A DNA stretch of 64,000 nucleotides, taken from Anaeramoeba ignava BMAN (taxonomy: Eukaryota > Protista > Anaeramoebae). The position numbers were made by a program, and so were the translations under genes. The DNA is taken from contig JAPDFW010000070.1 in the NCBI GenBank assembly GCA_028826165.1, forward strand, positions 62,001 through 126,000, in the 5' to 3' direction. The first letter of the stretch is position 1. Each line of letters opens with the position of its first letter. The notes under the pieces were generated by a model. It searched no databases, was not told the DNA's origin, and saw nothing but the letters and a program-made list of their open reading frames with translations. This document shows positions 52,599 through 62,928 of the stretch, in pieces.

Positions 52599-53413
52599 AT
52601 TTAATTTGTTTTAATTTTTTGTTTTTTAAATTAAAAAATTATTTTTCTTTGTTTTCTTTGTTTTTCTTTGTTTTGCTTTTTTGACCCACGAAATTTTGTT
52701 AAAAGTCACAAAGAATAAAAAAATTAATTGTGTTCGTTAAACAACAAACAAAAAAAAAGAAAAGAAATTGAAAAAAGGAAAAAAAACAAACAATCAAAAA
52801 AAAAAAATTATTTTTTGAATAAAGAAAAAAAAAATTAAAAAAATAAAAAAAAAATTAAAAAAAAAAAATTGAAAAAAAAAAATAAAAATAAAAAGAAAAA
52901 AAAAATTTTTTAATTTAATTTTCTTTTTATTTTCTTTTCTTTTATGATCTTTGTTTTTTGCTTTTTTAAATTAAATAAAAAAAATTTAATAAATGCCCCC
53001 AATAATAAACAAATTAAAAAAAATAAACAAAAAAAATAAAAAAATAAAACTTTTTTTTCTTTTTTTGTTATAATTTCGCAAGATCAAAACAAAAAATTTA
53101 AATTAAAACTAATAAATAATAAATAAAAATAAAAAAGCGAAAAATAATTTTTCTTCTTTCTTTTTTATTAATTATATCTATTGATTTAAATTTGATTTAA
53201 ATTTGATTTAGATTTAGATTAAATTTGGATTAAATTTAGATTAAATTTGGATTAAATTTAGATTTAAATTTAGATTAAATCTAGATTTAAATTTAGATTT
53301 AGATTTAGATTTAGATTTAGATTAGATTTGATTTGATTTAGATTTAGATTTAGATTTAGATTTAGATTTAGATTTAGATTTAGATTTGATTTAGATTTGA
53401 TTTATATTTGATT

Positions 53414-56400
53414 TTAATTTTGATTTTTTAGTTTTCTTCGGTTTTCTTTCTTTCTTTTTTTTTTCATTTTTGCAATCTCTTTTTTTAAACCAGAATTCTC
53501 ATTTAATTGATAATAATCAATAACATCACCAAGTTCAAAAACAATATCATTTGAAAAAGTTTCATCCCAAAAATCATAATAAACAAATTTAACAAAAATT
53601 TTAAAAGTATCAGCAGATTTTCCCGAATAATCTTGAACTTCACTTGATTCATCATTTACAAGTAAAAACATCCCTCTATATAATTGAGAGCGTACAAAAA
53701 ATATGAGTTTATGAACCTTTATTTCGGTTCCTTGAACAAATATTGTGAAATCTTTTGTTTCATCTTGCTCATATAATTCTTTTAAACTATTCCTTAATCC
53801 TTCAACAAATGTTTTTTCCACAAAATTTTGGATTCCCAAATCCTTTGCATATTGATAAATTGGATAAAGATGATTGATTTTTCCACAATAAACCCATTCC
53901 AAAAATGCTTTGATTTCTTCACTTGTTTTTGTTTGGAAATATTCTGTTATTTTAAATAAATCTTCAATTCCTGTTCTACATTTAACCAAAAGAGAATGTG
54001 CTGGAAATCCTCCAGGAAATTTCATATCTGATAATTCTTCATTTCCAACTAAATATTCAAAATCCTCACAAATACTCAAATATGATTGAATATTATCCAA
54101 ATCAATCTTTGGATTTGGCTTCTTCCTTGAATAATATGAATAATATGAATGTTGAATCTTTAAATTTTTAAATTTTAATTTTTGGATTGAAATTTAAAAT
54201 CTTTTTTTTTCCTTTCAAAATAATTTCATTCTTTTCTTTTGTTTTTTTTTTTTACATTTGAAATAGTTTTTTGTGTAAATCCTGATAATTGCAAAAGTGC
54301 TTGACTTTTAAATGGAAAAGATCTATAAGTATAAATAGGATTATCTAATATTTTGATATTATATCAATGTTAAAGCAATTCTTATATTATATTATATTAT
54401 AAGAAGTTCATTCTAAAATTTAAAATGATAAATAATTTTGTTTTTGGAATTAACAACAACTATTTTGTTAAATAATTTTACACCAAGTTCTAAATAAGCT
54501 CCATAACACAACATAAATTTTAAAAGTTCATTTGGTTCAAAAAAAATTGAATAACGAAGAGGAGTAAGATTTTCCTAAAAATGGATAAAAAAAATGTTTT
54601 AAAATTTAGATTATGAAATTAAATCAAATATCCATTATCATTTTTGCTGAATTTTTTTTTTTGATAATTACACCGCCTCTAAACCATGGAATCTTAATTT
54701 AAATTTAATTTGATTTTAATTTGATTTGAATTTTTTAATTTGATTTTATTTAATAAAAATACAATTTCATTCAAATAATTTGGATCAATATATCCATTTT
54801 CATCGAGATATTGTATCTTTGATATATTTTGCATTGATTGATTTAAAAAAGATGCGAAAAATGTTTTCTATAATAAATAAATTACAAAATTTTGTTTTGT
54901 TTGTTTTTTGATTTGGAATAAAAAATGAATAAGAAATTAAAATAAATACAACCTATTTTAAATTAAAAAATAAATTAAAAATTAAATTTCCTTTTTTTTT
55001 TGGAAAATTATTAATAATGAAATTGAACATCTGGTTTGAATCCAATCTTAATAAAAAAATCAGCAATAGTAGGATTATCATAATAATACATTGCTAAATG
55101 AAGTAAATTAGACTATTTTATAATATAAATATCAAATATAAATATTTGTTTTTGTTTTTGTTTTTGTTTTTGTATTTTTGTAAATGAAAATCAAACAAAC
55201 ATCTGATAAAACAAAATTGTTAATTTTTTGATGTAGATCTGCATTATTTTCAATTAATATTTTGATATAACTTAATGGTACTTTATCTTTAATTGCATAT
55301 TCTAAAACATTTGATATATTTTTTAAATCTAATTGAGAACAAAGTAATCTAATAGCTTCTTCAGAATTTTGATATTTTAATGCTTTAAATAAATGACTCT
55401 AAAATTGTTAATAATTTAATTCCATAAAAAAGAAAAAAAAGATAAAATTGTTTGAAATTTACTTTAGTTGGTTTTAATCCATTATTAATAAGTAATTCAA
55501 TTTCAACTCCTTTTGATTTTTTAGAAGCATAATAAATTGCTGATCTTTTCTATTTTAATAAATACATATACATATCTATTAAATTTTGATTATTCAAAAC
55601 TATTTTAAATATTTTACTTTCTTTTTATCATTTTTTTTTGTAAATTTTTTTTTTAAAAAAAATGGATTTATTTGTAATTTTTACTTCCTTTAAAATTAAT
55701 AAAAAAATTTCTTTTCTTTTTTTTTTGTGGAATTTTATGATTAAATTTACATCAAGTTCTTGTAAATCTGCTCCAAATGAAATTAACACTTTTAAAATAT
55801 CAACTGATTCAGTTTCCATTGATGCAATATGAAATGCAGTTTGTCCCTAATCAATAAATATTTTTATTTTTCAAAATCAATTTTGTTTTGGATTTGAAAC
55901 TTCAATCAATTTTTTTTTACTTTCTATTTCAAATAAAAATTAAATTAAAATTTCGAAAAATGAATAATAAAAATAAATTCACATCCTTTTATTATTTTAA
56001 ATAGAATAAAAAAAAATTTAATATTAATTATCAATCAAAGAAAAATACAAATCATTACATTCTTAAGTTTTAAATCTGCTCCATTTTCTAATAATATTTT
56101 AATCAAATCTATTTTTTTCATTCTACAAAGAATCATTAATGGAGTTTCATCCTATTATTTATTTATTTGTTTTTAAATTAAAAATTATGAAAACGAAATC
56201 ATATAAACAATAAATACAATCTATAAAAAAATTTTGATGATTAAATATTTATTTTGAGGAATTATTTAATATGATTACATCCTTTTTTTTTTTTATTATT
56301 ATTTAAGAAATATTTAATCAAAAAATATATTTGTTTGTTTTAAAATCATAATTAGATTATTTACATTAACAGCATTAATATCAGCTCCAAGATTAATAAT

Positions 56401-57508
56401 ATTAGTAAGAAATTCTCTATTAAAATTTTCAGATATAGCAAAGTAATGAAGAGGTGTATTTTCCTGATAATTGAATTATTTAATAATCATCACAAAAAAA
56501 AGTAAAGTGATTAAATTGTGTTTTTTTCTTAAATTTCTTAAAAAAGAAATACTTTCTATTTTAAATTGAAAAATAAATTTGAATGAAATTTGAATGGAAT
56601 TTGAATGAAATTTACAGACTATTTTGAATTTAAAATGAAAAATCAAAATTTTAAAAATTTTTCCAAAATAAAAAATAATAAATAAAATTTAACTGATCTA
56701 AAATTGATTGAAACTCCATGTTTAATAAGCAAAGAAAATACTTCCAAATTATTATTAATAACTGCGTAATGAATTGGACCAATTTTCTATTATTTATTTT
56801 TTATTTATTATTATTTAAAATAATTTCGAAATTTGTTTGTTTTTTTTTTTTAGAAAAAATTTACATCCTAATAAATAATAATATTTAAATTAGAAAATTA
56901 TTAAATCTAAATTACAAAATGAAAAGATTTTTTTTACTTGCTAAAATTATAATGTTCATTTATAAAAAAATCTTAAAAAAAAATTGAAAGAAAAATTTAC
57001 ATACTAATCAAAAATTCAATTTAAATTTTTTTTTTTATAAATTAAATTCAAAAATATAAAATTTACAAGCTAAAAAATAATTCAATAAATTTAACAAACA
57101 ACTATTTTTATCAAAAAAAAAAGAGAGAGAATTTACAAACTAAATAAAAAATTTAGTGAAAAACTTGATGAAATTTTATTTTTGTTTATTTTTACATGCT
57201 TTTAAAATAAAATTTCAATTAAAAATTTCAATTAAAAATTTCAATTTAAAAAATTACTTCCTATTTAATTTAGAAATTAAATTATTTTGTAATCAAATTT
57301 ATTTTTTCAATCAATTTTTTATTTTTTTACATTTAATTCTGTTAAATTTTCTTCAGTTATTTCAGGAAGATCTTTAATAGAAAAATTATTTGCACATGCA
57401 TTTACTAAAGTTAAAGGTAACTTAAAAAAAAATGAATTTTAATTAAATTGAAAAGAAAAAAATTATAAAAAGAATTTGAACTTGATCTTGATTTGAATCA
57501 TTTGACAT
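53414..57508 (-). CDS. Ankyrin-repeat + tandem BTB protein encoded by about 30 exons, including 16 single-codon microexons
   Basis: Hand-spliced, with all resolved introns phase-0 GT-AG of 56-98 nt: MSNDSNQDQ|LPLTLVNACANNFSIKDLPEITEENLTELN|E|H|F|L|Y|Q|D|KIGPIHYAVINNNLEVFSLLIKHGVSINFRS|S|K|ENTPLHYFA..LGADINAVN|D|I|DETPLMILC..NGADLKLKN|D|K|GQTAFHIAS..FGADLQELD|E|K|KRSAIYYAS..KPTK|SHLF..LSD|SNLLHLAM..KPD|V|KTFF..NEI|IPWFRGG|ENLTPLRYS..LELG|(54412-54256 unresolved)|IQHSYY..BTB-BTB (54157-53414). Confidence 0.85.
56865..57260 (-). other. Array of seven consecutive 3-nt exons
   Basis: AG|NNN|GT at 57260-58 GAA, 57198-96 CAT, 57139-37 TTT, 57069-67 CTT, 57003-01 TAT, 56940-38 CAA and 56867-65 GAT. 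Introns are 56-78 nt with GTAA donors. Confidence 0.85.
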
Positions 57509-57574
57509 TCCTAAAAGCAAAAGAAAAAAAATGAAAACAAATTTAAAAATTATTTTTCATTTTTTTTCTTTTAA

Positions 57575-59805
57575 ATGAATAAAATATTAAATTTAATTTT
57601 TATTATATTTATTGAATTAATAAAATTTACAATTTCGATAAAAGAATCAACATTACCAATAAGAGAAATAAAATTAAGCAAGACTACTGAATATAATGCA
57701 TATGCAATGCCAATTCAAATTGGAACAAATAATGAAACATTAAATCTAATATTTTCAAATTCTCGCAATTCAACATCAATTTTTGTTAAATCTTTTTGTG
57801 AATATAATATAGATTCAAATACCACTTGTTATAATACATCAAGTTCTTCTAATTATTCTATTAATGATGAAACCATTTTTAATGATAGTTTTTCTAATGA
57901 AATGTCAGATATTTATTATATTTACCAAAATACTTCAGATACTATTTTTATTGATAATTTCTTGATTGGTTATGATGCTCAATTTGATTCAATTATTAAC
58001 TATAATAGTTCTGTTTCTGCTGATCACATTTTCCCTCCTTCGAGTGGATATATTGGCATTTCTGAAGTTTTAAGTAAATTCACATTTATAAAATTTGATT
58101 TATAAAATTTATTAAAAAATTTATTAAAAAATTTACTAAAAAATTTATTAAAAAATTTATTAAAAAATTTACTAAAAAATTTATTAAAAAATTTATTAAA
58201 AAATTTACTAAAAAATTTATTAAAAATTTATTAAAAAATTTACTAAAAAATAGTTGATAATCAGATTTTTGGATCACTTATGAAAAAAATAACCGAAGAA
58301 AACGGATCTAATATATTTGCTATTGATTTTCGAAATTACTTAATGGATTTAGGAGGATATAAAGATCCAAATAAAACACTTGTTTGGAGTGAAATTGATA
58401 TTGATCCAAAACAAATAAATTATACTTTTTCAATTTATGAATTTAATATTTGTGGAGCTAATATTCTTTCAAATTTTTCAAGCTATTTTTTTGCAGAAAT
58501 TACTACAGATATTCCTTGTTTATTGTTACCTTCTACTCTTTTTATATATATTTTGAATTATTTCAATCTTACTTGCTATAATTTTTATTGTACATTTCCA
58601 TCTATTGAAAATTTACCTTCTTTCTCTTTTAAACTTTCTGAGAATGGTCGTTATTTCTTTATTCCTTTAATTTCTCTTTTTATGGGTTATGATCATTTAA
58701 ATCAAGCCAAAGTTTGGAATTTTTAATTTGATTTAATTTAATTTTAATTTTGATTTAATTTGATTTAATTTAATTTTGATTTAATTTTGATTTAATTTTG
58801 ATTTAATTTGATTTAATTTGATTTAATTTTGATTTAATTTTGATTTAATTTTAATTTTGATTTAATTTTGATTTAATTTTGATTTTAATTTAATTTTAAT
58901 TTAATTTTGATTTAATTTTGATTTAATTTTAAATTTTAATTTAATTTAATTTTAATTTAATTTTGATTTAATTTTGATTTAATTTTATTTTGATTTAATT
59001 TTATTTTGATTTTGATTTTAATTTTGATTTAATTTTGATTTAATTTTAATTTAATTTTGATTTAATTTTGATTTAATTTTAATTTAATTTGATTTAATTT
59101 TGATTTAATTTTGATTTAATTTTAATTTAATTTTAATTTAATTTTGATTTAATTTTGATTTAATTTTGATTTAATTTTTGATTTAATTTAATTTAATTTA
59201 ATTTTGATTTAGTTTTGATTTAATTTTGATTTAATTTTGATTTAATTTAAATTTAATTTAAATTTAATTTAATTTGATTTTGAATTTAATTTTGATTTAA
59301 TTTTAATTTAATTTTGATTTAATTTAATTTTTCAAGTTTTGTCTCCAAAGAAGTCGCCACAATATTTTCTTTGAATTTGGAAATCTTGTTCTTTCAAATT
59401 TTTATGTTGTTTTTGATCTTGAAAATAGAAGAATTGGATTAGATCAATCACAAAATCAAACTAATTCTCTTGAACAATGTATTCCCAAAAAAAAATGTAT
59501 TGGAGATCAAACTTTTTACGAACCAGGAAATGCATGTAACAATCCAAATTGTTATGAATATTATTTCCTTCAATTAGATGAATCAACAAAAGAATGCAAA
59601 AAGGTAAAAATCAAAAATAATCAAAAATAAAAAAACATTCCACTTTCTAATTTTTTTTTCTAAAATTTTTTTCCTTTCTTTTTAGTCTACAACTTCTATT
59701 ATTTTATTCTTTCTTATTTTGATATTGTTTTCAGTTTTAGAAATTCTTACTCATTGTTGGGAACTTCGTTTATCAAATAAAGCAAAAGAATCATCACAAG
59801 ATTAG
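57575..59805 (+). CDS. Pepsin-fold (peptidase A1-like) membrane protein lacking the catalytic Asp motifs, 4 exons
   Basis: Exons 57575-~58073, ~58254-58711, 59337-59603 and 59686-59805. Signal peptide, YAMPIQIGT, SGYIGI, LPSFSF, FGNLVLSNFYVVFDLENRRIGL, then a Cys-rich module and a TM helix. Confidence 0.75.
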
Positions 59806-60347
59806 ATTAAATTAAAACAAAAGAAAAGTTTTTTTTTAATTTGGAAATTTAAACTTTTATTAAATTTATTTGATTTTGATTTTGATTTTGATTTTGATTT
59901 TGATTTTAATTTTGATTTTTAATTTTGATTTTGATTTTTAATTTTAATTTTGATTTTGATTTTGATTTTAATTTTGATTTTGATTTTGATTTTGATTTTG
60001 ATTTTAATTTTAATTTTAATTTTAATTTTGATTTTAATTTTGATTTTGATTTTGATTTTGATTTTGATTTTTAATTTTGATTTTGATTTTGATTTTGATT
60101 TTAATTTTGATTTTGATTTTGATTTTGATTTTGATTTTAATTTTGATTTTAATTTTGATTTTAATTTTAATTTTGATTTTGATTTTGATTTTGATTTTAA
60201 ATTTGATTTTGATTTTTAATTTTGATTTTAATTTTGATTTTGATTTTAATTTTGATTTTTAATTTTAAATTTGATTTAATTTTGATTTTAATATTGATTT
60301 TAATTTTGATTTTGATTTTAATTTTGATTTTGATTTTAATTTTGATT

Positions 60348-61121
60348 TTAATTTTGATTTTGATTTTGATTTGTTTCAAAATCTTTCACATCTTTTTGAT
60401 AATTTGCAAAATCATCTTCATCAGCATCTTCTTTTTCTGGCTCTTCAAATTCCTTTCCAATTCCAAGATGCTTTCTTAAATTTTCATCTAAAGGATACTC
60501 TTTTTCAAGTGGAATTTTCAAAGATTCAATATTTTTTACTAAAACATGATTTGAATAACAATCATGAACAAAAGAAGTGATATCATAAATTTTCACAATA
60601 AAATCTGATCTAAAATGACTCGCAATATCTCCTTTCAAACCAAGTTGAATTGCTCTTCTTTTAGAAACCTTTGAATCAAGAGGATTCCAAGCAGGATCAA
60701 ATTGAACACAAACATAACTTTCTTGTTTTTTTGCTTTTGCAACTGCTTTTTCCCATTCAGACTTGCTTTTGAACTTGAAAGTTGCTTCCTTAAACATTGT
60801 TGGAATTGAAAGTTCCAAAATTTTTTCAAATCCTTCTCTTTTGATCCGAATTGCGAGAATTTTTTCTTGGTTCTTCTTATGCCCCCATCCGCTCCTATGC
60901 ATCATCCAAAGAAATTCTGTTTTAATCCATGTCATTCGACTTAATGAATATCCGTTTTCTTCTTTGAATTCATTGTTTTTTACTGCTCCTTCTGCTATTT
61001 CTTTGTTGAATGCTTGATATACTATTACTGATTCTTCATCATAATTTGCCATAATATGCTTCCCTTTTTCGGGCCATGTTTTTATTTGTTCTTTATATAA
61101 TTCAACTGGAATATTTTGCAT
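60348..61121 (-). CDS. DUF4291 family protein
   Basis: ANYDEESVIVYQAF..IA, RMTWIK..FLWMM.RSGWG.K..QEKILAIRI..GFE and VQFDP..RRAIQLGL. Intronless. Confidence 0.85.
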   Translation of the reverse strand: MQNIPVELYKEQIKTWPEKGKHIMANYDEESVIVYQAFNKEIAEGAVKNNEFKEENGYSLSRMTWIKTEFLWMMHRSGWGHKKNQEKILAIRIKREGFEKILELSIPTMFKEATFKFKSKSEWEKAVAKAKKQESYVCVQFDPAWNPLDSKVSKRRAIQLGLKGDIASHFRSDFIVKIYDITSFVHDCYSNHVLVKNIESLKIPLEKEYPLDENLRKHLGIGKEFEEPEKEDADEDDFANYQKDVKDFETNQNQNQN

Positions 61122-61169
61122 TGTTTGAATAAAAATGATTTACGTCATTCAAAAAAAAAATCAAAAAAA

Positions 61170-62875
61170 AATGAAAAGATTTAATTTAATATTTAATTTA
61201 TAAATCAATTTAAAAACAATTTTATAAATGAATTTTATTATTAAAATAATAATTTAATGTTTTAGATTTAAATATTTTATTATTTAAATATTTAACATAA
61301 AAATATAAAAATAAGAATAGATTTAATTTAATATTTAATTTATAAATCATTTTAAAAATATAATTTCTAAATAAATTTTATTATTAAAATAATAATTTAA
61401 TGTTTTAGATTTAAATATTTTATTATTTAAATATTTAACATAAAAATATAAAAATGAAATTAGATTTAATTTAATATTTAATTTTATTAAAAATAATAAT
61501 TTAATGTTTTAGATTTAAATATTTTATTATTTAAATATTTAACATAAAATAAAAATTAAGAAAGATTTAATTTAATATTTAATTTATAAATTAATTTAAA
61601 AATATAATTTTATAATGAATTTTATTATTAAAATAATAATTTAATGTTTTAGATTTAAATATTTTATTATTTAAATATTTAACATAAAAATATAAAAATA
61701 AGAATAGATTTAATTTAATATTCAATTTAATTTTATAATTAATTTTATTATTAAAATAATAATTTAATGTTTTAGATTTAAATATTTTATTATTTAAATA
61801 TTTAACATATAAATATAAAAATAAGAATAGATTTAATTTAATATTTAATTTATAAATCATTTTAAAAATATAATTTAATGAATTTTATTATTAAAATAAT
61901 AATTTAATGTTTTAGATTTAAATATTTTATTATTTAAATATTTAACATAAAATATAAAAATGAAAATAGATTTAATTTAATATTTAATTTATAAATCATT
62001 TTAAAAATATAATTTATTAAAATAATAATTTAATGTTTTAGATTTAAATATTTTATTATTTAAATATTTAACATAAAATATAAAAATAAGAATTGATTTA
62101 ATTTAATATTTAATTTATAAATCAATTTAAAAACAATTTATAAATAATTTTATTATTAAAATAATAATTTATTGTTTTAGATTTAAATATTTTATTATTT
62201 AAATATTTAACATAAAATATAAAAATGAAATAGATTTAATTTAATATTTAATTTATAAATCAATTTAAACAATTTTATTATTAAAATAATAATTTAATGT
62301 TTTAGATTTAAATATTTTATTATTTAAATATTTAACATAAATATAAAAATAAGAATAGATTTAATTTAATATTTAATTTATAAATCATTTTAAAATATAA
62401 TTTAATAATTTTATTATTAAAATAATAATTTAATGTTTTAGATTTAAATATTTTATTATTTAAATATTTAACATAAAAATATAAAAATGAAAATAGATTT
62501 AATTTAATATTTAATTTATAAATCAATTTAAAAATATAATTTAATAAATTTTATTATTAAAATAATAATTTAATGTTTTAGATTTAAATATTTTATTATT
62601 TAAATATTTAACATAAAAATATAAAATGAAATAGATTTAATTTAATATTTAATTTATAAATCATTTAAAATATAATTTAAATAATTTTATTATTAAAATA
62701 ATAATTTATTGTTTTAGATTTAAATATTTTATTATTTAAATATTTAACATAAAAATATAAAAAATGGAAATAGATTTAATTTAATATTTAATTTATAAAT
62801 CAATTTAAAAATATAATTTATAAATGAATTTTATTATTAAAATAATAATTTATTGTTTTAGATTTAAATATTTTA
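61170..62875. repeat. AT-rich minisatellite, unit about 115-130 bp, about 14 copies
   Basis: Recurring 'ttattaaaataataatttaatgttttagatttaaatattttattatttaaatatttaacataaaa..agatttaatttaatatttaatttataaatc'. Confidence 0.85.
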
Positions 62876-62928
62876 AAATAAAAATTTTTTTCATTTTTTT
62901 CATTTTTTTTCATTTTTTTTTGATAAAA

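Noticed and set aside
54256-54480. Exact structure of the penultimate exon of the microexon gene
   Set aside because: No acceptor gives a clean phase-0 open exon. It is left unresolved and may reflect a 1-nt error or another small exon.
55550-57105. Additional AG-(2 or 4 nt)-GT candidates (55575-55572 and near 57100)
   Set aside because: They would need introns of only about 22-42 nt and would break the frame, so they were not counted as microexons.
6560-61150. ACGT-core motifs upstream of genes (CACGTG at ~6567, ACGTCA at ~42122 and ~61142) as bZIP/bHLH sites
   Set aside because: There are too few instances to separate from chance without enrichment statistics.
4973-62526. Numerous ORF-track entries of ILILIL, KIKIKI, FDFDF, MNLK or EIYL type
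   Set aside because: They are alternative-frame or antisense translations of microsatellites with no independent coding signal.
61170-62875. Regular repeat array resembling CRISPR
   Set aside because: The whole unit is repeated with no unique spacers, the context is eukaryotic and there are no cas genes.
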